A stretch of DNA of 64,000 nt from Ptychomitrium polyphyllum (lineage: Eukaryota): NCBI GenBank assembly GCA_973851085.1, contig OZ316776.1, positions 434,001-498,000 of the forward strand, given 5' to 3'. A model generated the notes under the pieces. It saw nothing but the letters and a program-made list of their open reading frames with translations. It was not told where the DNA came from and made no database searches. How positions within the stretch are numbered: the first letter of the stretch is position 1; each line of letters starts with the position of its first letter. Both the position numbers and the translations under genes were made by a program. Of this stretch, positions 37,082 through 50,880 are shown in pieces.

Positions 37082-38952
37082 TTAGGTGCATTTTATTTAT
37101 ATTTTTCATTCCAAAGCTGCTATAACATGTATGTTCTTTAGATTAGAAAAAAATACACCACAAATTGTAGTTGTAAAGCTTATATTACGTTTATAAATTA
37201 ATCTTTGATAGTTTTTTTTTAATGAGATTATATAACAAGTTTTGATTGGTTAAAACATACTATTTTCATTTCTAGATGTAAAAAAATATTAACAAATGAT
37301 CTTCATGTTAAGTGACATTTAATGTAGAAGATAAGATTTCAAATTGAAGACTTGATGTCATACATCAACAATCAGCTGAAATTGTTTTTAAAATGAAAAC
37401 TTATCTTTAAGGAAAGATGTTAGAATGGATTATTAGAGAACAATATGTAGGCTAAAATTGTATTATTAAGAAGAAGAATAATCATTAAAATTTGGAATAA
37501 ATCTTAAGTTATAAAAGTATTCTAGAAAGATATGAATTATTCTTCAAAGAACTTTATAAATTATAACATTTTTCTTTTCTTTTTCACTTCTATTATTACC
37601 TTCTAAATTTTATTAATGATCAATCTTTTAAAGCATTTGTTCTTGCAATATCTTATATGCCATTGTAATTGTTATATATGACATATGATGCATGCAATTT
37701 TGCAGTTATCCACGCACATATAGGTTTAAAAGAACATTTCCTAAGTTTAATTTCTTAAAGTGGGCATGATACTTGTAATTGAAAAGGAAATTTGGTGAAA
37801 TTTGAAGCAATATGTATGAAAATTGGGAATTTAAAATACAAGAATTTGAAAAATTTAAAGTTCAGCTTATTGTAGTTGTCCATTAGTATTCCAATTTTAT
37901 TTTTGTAAAACTTGCTTTCAAATGTGATATCTATATATAATGATATTGGAACAAATATTATAGCTTGATACAAATATCTTTACCATAAAAAAAATTCTCT
38001 ATTGTGTTATTTCATCAAAGCATGTGTCGTTAAAATGACATAGATTTTAACATTTTCAAAATCACTTAAATACGTTTTGTCTTAAAATGACATAAAATGA
38101 CATCAAAAGAGCACAGGTTCAAATATCATCAAATGACAAATTATGTGATTTTAAATCCGTTTTAATGTTCTTCTTATTTAGGTCATTTTGATGTCATTTT
38201 CACATTTTCATGTCAATTTAACATACAAGTTATCTCATTTTGATGCAGACGATAAGTTCCCCAATCATATCATTTTTAACCTCATTATTACTGTCTCCAA
38301 GTTTACTTATGACCGTCCTATTTAATTTGTCATATGTGCAGGATGAAGGTTGTGTGAAATGATAATTAGGTTTTCGTCATAAGTCAAACCTCACATCAGC
38401 ATGACCACCCATATCATGAGCAGACTGAAGTTTGAATAAGAATACTTCTATTGATAAGCACAATCGAAAATCTTCTAAATACAAAAGCACCTATTAAATC
38501 AAGCTCACGACTACCCCACAACCAGGCAGAAGCGTGGAAGTACAAAGTGTAAACCCAATACAAAAATTACCTCATCCACTTAGCATGTTGATCTAATCAC
38601 GAGAACCAAGAATGCCATTCCCAACAAATTTTAATACAACATCTCAATAAGGTGATCCCTTCAATAAATTTCAAGCCCGAGTCCACAGCCCCCACAAACC
38701 CGCCACTACATGCAAAACCACCATATCACCAACACCTCACTGCAACAAAACCTGCACCTGACGAAAAAACTATCCTATTTGTCATTTGCTAATCGATTAC
38801 CAACACACAACAGCATTCACCTTTCTAATCACCGTACTCAGAACAATAACACCAAAGGCTCAATACTAAACTCATCATAAACGGACTAAAAATGAAAAGA
38901 GATCATCCATAAAATATAAAGACCAAAGAAAAGAACACTATCACGCAGAAAA

Positions 38953-41900
38953 ATGAGAAGCGAGCGCGGGCACACAGGCAAGGAGCAGAAATAGGTTGTG
39001 GCAGTTAGCGAGCAATATGACTGTTGGCCACTGGCTGCTCCGCACTTCTCATGCGCCGGGCGCCCGAGAAGTGCCACCATCCACGGCGTCCGGCTCCATC
39101 CGGATTCCGCCTCCGCCCCAGCGCCACGGAGCGCCAGGTCAGGTTGGCGCCCAAACGAGGGGAAAGACAGCAGGCCTCCCGGAAAGATAAAGAAAGGGCG
39201 CCCTAGGGGGAGCGCCAGTGGTCGTCGGAGAGACGCACATTCTTCATCGCCGAGGGCGTGTGCGCGGGGTCTGTGAGAGCAATTCTGTTTGTCCATGCGA
39301 TGGCCATGCGCATCATCCCATCATGCCCGCCATCGCGCTCCATCGCAAGGCGGCAAACTTGGGAGGGGCTGCGTTCCCGCCTGCGTGCCGCAGCGATTTT
39401 GAGTTCGGCAGCGCCACCATAAACCTTATATGTATGTCACTGCCGCTGCCCTGCGCAGGGGCAGTGAGTGCCAGTCTCCAGGCTGTTTCGGAGCGCGGGT
39501 TTTTGGCTTCCTCTCACCCGAGTTTCGCGAGCTCCTGTGCTCCGAGTCCGTTTATAACATTCCCTGGCTTGCAACCGGGAGTTGGGTTCGGGGGTTTTGA
39601 TCTAGCGAGGCTTGAATTTGTGTGTGCGCGACGAGAGTGCTGGTAGGAAGGTTGCTGCTGGGTTGTGGGCGTTTTGGGTCGTGTTCAGCGGCTGACCGGG
39701 CTGCATGAGTGTGAGTGACTCGGTGGGTTGTGGCGGGCGCTGGTTTTGCGGGGGTGGTGGTGTGGAGGCCGTTGTGGGGGAATTGGGGTGGCAGTGGATA
39801 ATGTGATGGGAGTGCCGCTCTGCTGGGTCTTATCGGGGTGGGTGTGCTTGTGAGGGAGGCCGATGCAGCAGAGCGTGTTCGTGAAGGCGCGTACACAGTG
39901 GGGAGAATCCGGAAGTGTTTGAGATAGTGCGTGTCGTTTCTTTCTACTTTCTCCGCCGTGTTCTGGGATCGGAGCTGGGCATCTGGCGCGGAATTGTCCG
40001 GCGCTTCGATTCGGCAACGCGAGTCGTTGACATTCGGCTGCAGAGGCAATGCTCTAGGGCGAGCCGATGGTTCATGTGCGACCCCGGCGAGTTTTGTCGT
40101 CGAGCCTCCCCTAGCAGCCGCATAGCGGGAAGGAATCTTGTATATAGAGGTCGACGGGAAGCGGCGCTGAAAAACCGCACTGCGTGGCTGGAATCCGTCA
40201 TGTGCGTGTGGCTGTGAGCTGTCACGTACGCTCAATTCTGAGAAGCAGTGTTTGCTAAGTTCGCGACGGCATCGACGATGGCGGGTGAAGGCGGGAGGCG
40301 GGCTCTGCGTCCGCGGGCGTCGACTTCGACAGCGGCAGCGGCGGCTCCATCGGACAATGTGAGGCAGACGAGGGCGGCCACGAAGCGATCGGCAATGGAC
40401 GACTCCGGGAGCGGGAGCACCGTGCTGCATCCGCGGAAGCGAGCCGTGCAGCCGTCGGGCAGGCGCGCCCCTCTGACGGACATCTCGAAGCTGGTGAATG
40501 CTGCCCCAGCTGGTGGGTGCCCCGAGCTGGGCGTGGGAGGCGATTTGAAGTGCGAGGAGCTGAAGTCGAAGCCAATTGCGGAGGGCGACGAGAACGCCGT
40601 CCCCGAGAGCAGCGAGCAGGTGTGTGCGAAGACGGCGGCGCAGGAGGCCGAATTGGATTCTCACGCAACATCGGATGCCGCTGGAGCGGAGCAGGAGTCG
40701 AGGAGCAGCTCGTCGGCGGTGGCATCTCTGGAACGGCGGACGTCGCACGCGCTGTTCATATCGAAGGAATCGAAGGATCGCGCGAAGCAAGGCGACCTGT
40801 TCAACGACAAGTGCTCGGAGGAGACGTCGCCGTGGTCGAGCGGGGTGGCGTTCCAGGACATCGACACCGACCACTCGGACCCTCAAATGTGCACCACGTA
40901 CGCGGCGGACATCTACATGCACCTGAGGATGGCCGAGGTGAGGAGCTGGATTCCAATTCTTCGGGTTTTTTGCTCGGGCCACCTGTCCTCCACTGGAGCA
41001 ACATACAGGCTGCCTCTCGATTACTGCAAGTAGTGGCCCTGTCGGGGCTGGACGTGAATTGACGGTCGTTGGTGTCGTCCTTGCGCAGGTCAAACGGAGG
41101 CCGACGACGAACTTCATGGAGACGATGCAGAAGGATATCAATCCGAGCATGAGGGGAATCCTGATCGACTGGCTGGTGGAGGTGGCGGAGGAATACAAGT
41201 TGGTCCCGGACACGCTGTATCTGACGGTGGCGTACATCGATCGGTTTCTGTCGTGCAACACGGTTTCGCGACAGCGGCTGCAACTATTGGGCGTGTCGTG
41301 CATGCTGATCGCTGCGAAGTACGAGGAGATCTGCGCGCCGCAGGTGGAGGAATTCTGCTACATCACCGACAACACGTACCGACGCGAAGAGGTAGGCACC
41401 AGGGTGGGAGCTCCCGGGGTAACCCTAATCTCGTACGAATTGGGCGGGCAGTGTGGCGGGTTCGTTGCGAAACCCTAACGGTGGGATTGTTGGGGGGATC
41501 CGAGCAGGTGCTGGAAATGGAGAGGAAGGTGTTGAGGGAGCTGAAGTTCGAGCTGACGACTCCGACGACGAAGAGCTTCCTGAGACGCTTCATCCGAGCG
41601 GCGCAGGCGAGCTGCAAGGCCCCGACGCTGGTGCTGGAGTTTCTGGGGAACTACCTGGCGGAGCTGACCCTGCTGGAGTACGGGCTGCTGGGATTCCTGC
41701 CGTCGATGGTGGCCGCATCCGCGGTGTACGTGGCGAAGCTGACGCTGGACCCGTCCGCGCATCCGTGGGATGCGACGCTGCAGCATTACACGGGGTACAC
41801 GGCGTTGGAGCTGGAGAAGTGCGTGAGAGTGATTCATGAGTTGCAAAGGAATACTAAAAACTGCACGCTTCCTGCTGTGCGAGAGAAGTACAGGCAGCAT

Positions 41901-42944
41901 AAGGTATTTGTGCTGCATCCTGTTTTACCGCGTCGTGGAGGGCATAATGTGGTTTAGGGTTGAGGTGGTGTGGGCGAATTAGCGTCGGGGAGGTTTGGAA
42001 GCGTGTGGGTGACCATTGTTGATGTGGTGCAGTTCAAGTGCGTGGCGACGTTGACGCCTCCATCGGTACTGCCGGAGTTCTTCGAGGACCGGGAATGCTG
42101 CTGATGCTGTGGAGCGTCTGGCGACAGCGCAATTCTCCGCAAGCGCCACTAACCTGCTGTCAGAGGTGAACGCTGGTTCGGGCGTGGGTGTGCTTTGCAA
42201 GATGACAGCATGGGCATCTGGGGCGAAGGCGGTGGGGGGCGGAGCTGACAGTGTGGTGTCGTGGGGATGCAGTTCAAGCGAGTGTGACCGCCAGTGCCAT
42301 CGACTGCTGTGACCCCCAGAGGGACCGAGGACCGTGAGCGAAGATGGTTCCGAGGTTGTGTCAACAGTCGGAGATCCGGTTCAACTTTGTGCAGCGGACC
42401 GGGGACGGGAGCGGAGGCGATCGGAGGCGGCCTTCTCCGGTCCGTTGAGGGGTCCGTCACGTAGGAGCTCTATTTCCTAGGTCAGGAGTAGGTGTGAGAT
42501 TCGGAGACCTGAGTTGGTTATTTATTTTGTGATGGCGGATGCTGTCGAGTGGAAGGCAGCGCATGCCGACTGTGCGACGTGAGATATCGTGAAATCTCGA
42601 TCCGACTTGCACAGCTTTTGCAGATTTGTATAAAGGGATCTTGTCGTTCGGATACGCATATACGTAACATACATACTTGTGGTTCGTGCTGGCGGCGAGA
42701 GGGAGTTCGCCGGGGAGTGGGCTTGGACGGCATGCTCATGACCCCTGCGGTATGTAGACCTTGCAGTTTTAGAATGGCACCCGCAGAGGGTGAGGTCGGG
42801 GAAATTTACGTGTAGAGAACCAGGGGATTACTGACAGAGTGACCCGACGGTCACGAAGGTGAGACGTCGGGGCCCATGAGAAATGTGCATGGGAAGAAAT
42901 CAGAAAATTGTGTAAAATTTTTGACACTTTCGTTTATGAATTTG
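38953..42944 (+). repeat. ~4 kb segment, copy 2
   Basis: Matches 25235-29226 at offset 13,718. Confidence 0.97.
40278..42104 (+). CDS. CYCA: A-type cyclin, copy 2 (identical to copy 1)
   Basis: Exons 40278-40937, 41089-41391, 41508-41903, 42033-42104; same translation as copy 1. Confidence 0.95.
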
Positions 42945-45900
42945 ATTTAGTATTGAACATTGTGGATGAGTGTTTGTCTTATTATTGTATCTTCTTGTTC
43001 TTAGGTTGTGCTTTTTTTGGAAGTTGTGTTTTACTTTATATGGTACATGATCGTGTTTGTTTGGAAGTTTATTCAATTTGTTGGTTTGCTGTTGTGTTAC
43101 ACATTTGCTTTAGTTTTAAGCTTTTTTTTTGTTCATTTTGTGTATGCAGTTGTTGTTTATTGCAATTGAAGGTAGTGTTTCTACTAGTTTGTTTTGTTGT
43201 CTAACATGCTTGTGGTACTATGTTATCTCGTTGGGCTTGAATTTGATGTAATCCCTTTGTGATTATCATTTCTTTTGTTAGTTGTGGTCTTTGTTGACTT
43301 TTTGCTTTGTGGATTGTGTGTGTTGCTTCAGTTAGGTTTATAACTTTCTCTGATAAGGAAATGGCATTTGTTGCGTTTGTTAAATGTGGTGGGCTTTAGT
43401 GAATTGAGTTTTGAAAATTCTGAATATATAGTGCCAACTTCTTGAAAAGAATGTGTTGTTTGAAATTTGACCTAATCATCATTTAGTCATCATTATGGTA
43501 TTTCCAAGTGCCTCCTCAGCATATGAGATTACTGTTTATTTGACAGTTACAATTTGATGTACTGGGTCTGGATGATGAAAGTTGGCTTGGCAGTGAGGAG
43601 ACATGAATATTTACACTTGAGGTTGTTGAAAATCTGATGTTCATGGTCATGTCTGCTGAACTGCAGTTATAACCAGTTCATATGGTTTGTTGTATTTAGT
43701 GTAGGCTCTAGCACTCCAATAGTGAGTATCAGAAATGGGCAGCCTGTAGCACTTTCAGTCCTGGTGTGATGAGTTAAGGCCTCAGAGATGGTTGTCAAAT
43801 GTTAGAGGACACCCCCCATCCATGGACCTTGTTTTCCTGCTGGTCTCTGTGAGGACTCGTGTGAGTGCAGAAACCCTGGTGTAGTGGTGGGTGTTGGAAC
43901 TCTTACACGCTGGTTGTGGTTTTTGAGTCCATTGCATGTGATTCAGGTAATGTTGTGAAAGGAAAGCTGGCAACTACCATGGCTGGTGCATTAATGTTCT
44001 CAGTTTAGTATGCCATCTGCAGTGAGCATGTTAATGCCAATGCACAGAGGACTTGGGAAGGCTTATGAGCTCTGCATTCCCTAGGCCTTAGAATTACCAG
44101 CAGTGATGTCCATTCCAAGTCTAGAAATCTCTTTGTGTGTTAGTCTCTGGCAACTATTTAACCCTTGCTAGAGGTTTACAAATGGGAGGAGGCTGACCTT
44201 ATTGTAACATACTCGTGTATGGTTCTACTTCAGTGACATACATGTACAGCAGGGAATATTTCTTTGTGACAGTTCCAGATTTTTCAACAATTGACACATT
44301 GCTGATCAAGGTTACACAAAAACTCTCTGGTTCACAATGATTGGGAATGTCAGAGGCTTATCTGTTTTAACCTGGTCAAGTGTAGTTGACTCCATAGTAC
44401 TCAAAAGAGCCCCAAGATAAGGTACCATATTGCCCTCAATTTGGCATTACCTTCATAGGTGTGCCAACTCACTGGATAGCCACTGGTCACACTTTGGGTT
44501 TGTCAAGGCTCGTTTAGATGGTGCCCCAGCACTTTCTAATATAATCTTTAAACAAGCTGGCTAGTTTGGTATCTTTACACAAAATTATCAGGATGATTAG
44601 CACCACTGCATGCTTCAGGACCATGTACCACTTCTCTAATGCCAGGGGAAGACAACCCTTGTGAATAGGATCTGAGTCTACCTGTTTACAGCTTCTTGAA
44701 GTTTCTTACTACAAAATCTGGTAGCAATGAATTTTAGTGGTATTGGGATCATCAAGTTTTGGGTGTCCAGAGTAGAGGTGATTTATTACAAGTTGGGTAC
44801 TGCTCAGCAGTTTTGCTGTTTTGTAAGTAATGTTCAACTTGATTGCACTAGACTGTCATTTAATCCTGTTATGCATGGACCTGCTGTTACTATTCAGTTC
44901 ATCAAAGTGGCTATATCATTTCAACATACCTTGTGGGTGCCAATATTAGTCAAATGGATTACACGGAAAATCTATTAAGACATGTGTCAAAAGTTAGAGG
45001 CAGCAGCACAATTGTGCTTTTTCATAAAAAGCCATGAAACTGGATTTAGTAACACAATGGCAACTTAATTTGTCTCCCAAAGCATTTGTAGTGATGCATA
45101 GGGACCAGATTGTTAGCAAAATTGTAGCAGCTGAGCCTAGTTGTATATGGCAATCCTTTGCAATTGGTATCAGGATAAAATTGCTAGGAGAGGCTGGCAG
45201 TGGGCAATGCCTATTCTAGAGAGAGGTCAAATTGACAAGGAGGTTTGTTGCCACACTAAAGCAAGAAAATTTAATGAGCCCTTGCTACAGAGGTGGCACA
45301 ATGTGCTCCTGGCTGTTGCCTTTGGCAGCCAATTGACTGGACCCCTTTTTGTCCCCTTACAAACTTCAGACTGCTTCTCTGTATTACCCTCCTTAACTTG
45401 TCCTCGAACAGGACTTAGAAGTACTTATCTACTCACTCATCATCCATACTTTATACATGATTTAGTACTATATGATGGTTCTGAAATCCCTTTTATGAAT
45501 TAAAGTATGTTAATTGCCACAGAATGGTTGAGCAAATTGATTGTAATAGCAAATTTTGAAATAATTTGAAATGTGGATTAACTCTTAGAAGGATAGAAGG
45601 CTATACACAGGCATTTGTATTTGAATGTATAATGTAGTATTTGGAATAGTTTCCTTGTCGAGTGGATTTGAGATAATTAATTATGGCAGCCATCACAACC
45701 TTGTTGTGATAGCATTTAATGTAAGTTTCTATCTGAAGGATGAAGTCTTATGTGAAATCTCAATTGATATGTATGAACAGAGAGATGGATATATAGGACA
45801 AGATTATAAGGTTTCTTTTATGTATTATGTGAAAAACTTAAAACTTAAAAAAAGAGTTGTAATTCATGTCAATATAGTTATGAAGAACTATTGAGGTCCC

Positions 45901-48025
45901 GAAACTCTTCTATTAGTAGAAAATGTCAATATTATACCAGCCTACATATTATTTAAGAGGGACCTCGAAGGATTAATTTTGATGTAGTCCCTTCTCCTTG
46001 TAATAGATGTTTTATTTTTTGGATTGTATGTTTTTCATCAGGATGCAGAAAGCAGGAGGTGCTAACTATGATATCTGAGTAACCAGCTTACTAGTAAAGC
46101 CTCTGTTATCAATCTCAAGTTTCACAAGATTTTTGTTAAAAGCTTTGCAATTATATTAGAAAGCTGCAAACATTTGGAGTTAGGTCTGAACAATATCCCA
46201 TGCTATAGTACCTCTTGTATGGTCCCTTGGTCCTGGATTGTTGCTGATCCATTAGAGTAGCATGTTACCAAGGACACATGCTACGGCCACAACTTTGATA
46301 AAGTCCACTCAACTATTAGGTGCAAGTCGCTTGATGCAAAGGTAGTCTCTGGAATAAAATTGTTTACCAAGCCTATTGGATTTGGGGCTTGTACTGCAGA
46401 GAAGGCTGAACGTTTTCATTTAAGGTGATAGTATCACTTTGACCAAACAAGGAACAAGTATGCCTAACAACTATAACTTGCCCAGTTTCATCTATGTGTG
46501 GATTGCTTTTGTTTTCATCTGCATCGGCTCTGCTGTGATCCATGTTTCATACTATTTGGTCACTCTGTCTGTGTCCCAGCAGATGAATAGTGTACAGACG
46601 GACAAATACTGCATTCTTATTCTATTATCCTGCATGCCATCAATTTCCGCTGTGCCACTGCATGGCATTGACACCCTGGACTGGTAAGCCCCACTGAGGT
46701 TGGCAAACAATGCTGTAAGGTTGGGAGCCATAACAGGATACACTCCCGCTTTTTAGCTGTTTAGAACCCATTGAGGGCCTTGGATTGGAACCCTGATGAA
46801 AGCACTGCTGTGGTATTTATGATATGTGATGTGTACAACAGCAGTAAGTGGTGTGAAGCTTTCATCAAGTAAATGTGTACAAATTTTACACCAACCAGTG
46901 TTTTCACAAAGTACTGTAATGATGTCTGTTCCCTCATTAGTTAGCATAATTCATGAATTCCTGTGTAATCTGGGATGTGAAACTGATCATTGTGTTTACT
47001 TTGATTTAGACCGAAGGGGCAAGAGTATTTATTTCCTTCTTTTCAAGCTGTGACTCAGTTGAAAGAACTACAACCCATATTGAGAGCACATCTTATCAGA
47101 CAGGTTTCCCTTCCAAGTTTCCAGAGCCAAGAAACAGAGACAACTTGGACTCTGGAAGGGGCAAGGGAAAACTGCTTGCAGGGTGAGTAACATATGTCCT
47201 GGAACTGCATAACTTTCTTTCTGCAGAAATACAATGCTGACTATTTCTAAGGAATATCTAGTCAAATGAAGAGGACATGAGGAACCCCAGTAACAGCATG
47301 TGGCATGGCAGTCAGGCTGCCTTTCTGCCATCAACTGCCCATATCAACTGTCAAGCCAGAACACATTGAACACACTTTGCAAAGGAACGCCAAATTATCA
47401 AATTTTCCAAACACACAGGTCCAATAGTGACTTCTAGTTTGTCAGTGAAGAACCCCTCAGGTACTCAAGTAACTCAATTGAAATGAATGAATGTCCCATA
47501 AATTGAAATTTAGAATTGAAAAATATTTTTGAAGTGCATTGATCAAGTTTTACATATTATTACAATGAGACCTTTCTTATAGTGTGCCATGACATTCTAT
47601 GACCTGCCAACTATCATCTGAGGTACAGCAGAAGCAGTCAAATGCTTAAGACTACACTGAACCTTTGAAATCTGCTATGCCCCAGCCTGGGTTGCACTCT
47701 GGGATGCAATCGAACATTGCATGTGCAAGAGGCATGCACTTGACAGCCGTTCATCCAGAACAGCCATAATTTTGATGATAATTTAGAAAGTTGAGGTCTC
47801 TGGATTTCCAATTTGTCCCCTATCTGAATCATGGGCTGCTCTGGATGATAGCTCTTTGCAGAGAGCATCATTGACAGATGCATCGAGCTGGTACTCAACG
47901 ACATCCCAAGCAGCTTTAACACTAACATCAAGGTCTCTGCACAATCCTGAGTTGATTTTTCTTTTTATAGGTCCTATGCTGGTGTTGATCTGTCATGCGA
48001 TTGGATGACATGGATTCACCATTCC

Positions 48026-49965
48026 TTATTCAAGGTCTTTGAAGTATTCTTGAGGCAAAACAGCCGGTGGAACTAGTGTTGCCACGCACTTGAACTGCAA
48101 GTGGAACAAACAATAACATAAGAACTAAATCACAAAATAGTGAGCAGCTTAATGCAAGTGTCTATGCAAAACGGCAGCAAAATAAAGCTCCAAATGACTC
48201 CAAGAAAATCACCTTATGCTGTCTGTATTTCTCTCGAATAGCAGGAAGCGTGCAGCTCTTTGTATTCAGCTGCAGTTCATGGATGGCTTTTACACAATTT
48301 TCGAGTTCTGATGGTTTATAACTGGTGTAATGTTGCAGTGTTGCATCCCATGGGCACACAGATGAGTCAAGGGTTATCTTGGCCAAGTACACAGACGATG
48401 CTGCTATCATCGACGGGAGGAATGGCAAGAAACTATATTCTAGTAAGGTGAGTTCAGAAAGAAAGTTCCCCAGAAACTCGAGAACTAGGGTCGGAGCCTT
48501 ATTAGTTGCTTGGGCTGCTCGAATAAACCGCCTCAAAAAACTTTTCGTTGTGGGAGTTGTAAGCTCAAATTTTAATTCATTTAAAACTCTCCTCTCCATC
48601 TCTAGGACCTCTTCCCGGCAATAGGTGTTATCCGTAATGTAGCAAAACTCCTCAACTTGAGGAGCGCAGATTTCTTCATATTTTCTGAGAATAAACACCA
48701 ACTAATCTCAGTATACAACGAAAAACTATCAAGCGGCATGCAGTCAGCTGAATAACAGTCATAAAGTTATAATGTATAACAACCACTAGAAGTGATTGGA
48801 ATGCATAAACTTACGCAGCAATGAGCATGCAAGCCACGCCGAGGAGCTGAAGCCGTTGTCGTGTTACGACATTGGAAGCAAGAAACCGATCAATATAGGA
48901 AACTGTCAAGTATAATGTGTCAGGGACCAACTTGTATTCCTCGGCAACCTGCGCATAAGAAAACAATCCACGCATTGGGAGCCAGTTTCAAAAATAATTG
49001 TAGGTGAGGTTAAACCTCCCCAATACCAAATTCCCAACATAACTCGTGTATGCATAAACCAAGCTATGATCTGTGTAACAAGTGCAAATAAGGCATATGA
49101 AGATATCCTACCTCAACAAGCCAATCAATAAGAATCCCTCGCATGGTTGGGTTGATGTCCTGCTGCATTGAGTCCATGAAGTTCGCCGTAGGCCGTCTTT
49201 TTATCTCTGCCATACGTAAATGTACATATATATCTGAAGCATACGTGCTGCACATTTGAGGGTCGGAGTGATCATTATCAATGTCTTGAAAGCTCAACCC
49301 GCTAGACCATCCCGATGTTTCTGAGGAGCACTGTTCGCTAAACAGGTCACCTGCTCGGCAATAGCACGGAACATAGTAAGATAGCATGGATGAGCTCTCA
49401 TATAATATTGCTCGTTAAAAAAGCAATTGAGCAAAAACGCAGAATGGCGATGCAAGATTGCCCTGTCGGCAGTACCTTGCTTCAACCGATCCTTCGCTTC
49501 TTGGGATATGTAAAGGTTTTGTACAGTCCGTCTCTCCAGGGAGGCGATCGCCTCTGCGCTGGTTCTTGTAATGGGCTCTCGTTGAGAATCCAATCCAGCC
49601 TCCGGGTGCATGCCATTACCGCACGGTTGAGCGTGATTTCCGAGATACGCATTTTCGTCTCGGTGGGTGATCAGCGTAGGTTTCAATACCACGGGTTTGA
49701 CGTCGGGCAGGCCGGTCACAGGGCGCACAGACGGAGCAACATTCTGCTGATTAGAGATGTTAGAAAGGGCGGCACGTTTTCTAACGGGCTGCACAGCCCG
49801 TTTCTTGGGATGCAATCCAGTGTTCCCAGGTTTGGAGGAGGTTTCTTCCATAGCTGATCGTTTCGCTGCTGCTCTGGTTTGCCTCACTTCATCCGACGTC
49901 GGCACAGAGAGAGCGCTCGAAGAACGAGGGCGCAAGCGTCTTACACTTTCAACTGCACCTGTCAT
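48026..49965 (-). CDS. CYCA: A-type cyclin, diverged paralogue (copy 3)
   Basis: Exons 49965-49476, 49350-49112, 48948-48815, 48684-48213, 48094-48026. D-box [27 protein letters not shown]; ends [22 protein letters not shown]. Its N-terminus ([23 protein letters not shown]) aligns with copies 1/2. Confidence 0.95.
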
Positions 49966-50016
49966 TCTTTAGTTGAAAACCGGTTTCTGGATAAGCACTA
50001 CGACAGTAAGAGGCAA

Positions 50017-50034
50017 CTACGGTGAAACACACAT
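50017..50034 (-). promoter_or_regulatory. 5-codon uORF (MCVSP*) upstream of cyclin copy 3
   Basis: cgtc ATG TGT GTT TCA CCG TAG, ending 51 nt before the main ATG. Confidence 0.6.
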
Positions 50035-50880
50035 GACGAACAACTCCCACCCCCTTGCAACCTTGTCCGCGAACTTCCAGCTCCTAACGCATTGGCGTTC
50101 TCTCCCCAATATACAAATGCCTTCCGAGCAATGTAAGCAACAAAATTCCAACACGACAACCAGCAATGAATTCGCCCAAAACCTCTTCCAATCAAAGTCG
50201 CTCAATGCCACTTGTCACTAATTTTGATTATTTTTCGACGTGGAAAGTGAATATCTTTGAACTCCCCTCACCACATTCGATCTCCTTGAAACGATTCTAT
50301 GTACACACGAAAAGATACATCAATCCAACACCAAGCTACCCAAGAACCCCCGCCTCTTTACAAATAGCCGCCATACAACGCATCAAGTGCGCGCCCACGA
50401 ACCTCACCAAACTCTCAAAAACACTCCTCCTCACCGCCACATTGTCCTCACTGACCAATCCTCGACTCTCACAAGTCGCGTCACTCAAAACATCACAGCA
50501 CCATCCACCGCTTAACCCCAACCAAGAACTCGCAACCAATTCAACCTCCGAAACTTCCCCACCAAGAAAACTCAACACAGCATTCTCTCCACCAAAGAAC
50601 AAAACCCCCCCGACTTCCAATGCGGTCAATGCGGACACCGCGCTCCCACCCAAAGAAACCAAGAACACACCCCACAATAGCCCCCTGCACGCTAAAGTCC
50701 ACAAAAAGAGAGCTCACTCCACCTCTTCCGACCAAGACAACAAAACAGAGAATGTACAATTGGGTATCTGCCTCGGCAAGAGAGGAAGCCGGAGACGAGA
50801 GAGGGAGAGGGGGAGTGGGTGAGGAAGTGAATCGGTTGGCGGGGGGCGCGCGGGGCTTAAGAGGGAATCGGGGGAGGTTT

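Noticed and set aside
44100..46400. Possible gypsy integrase remnants (YIRK motifs at ~44530 minus and ~46150 plus)
   Set aside because: Too degenerate to support a call by eye.
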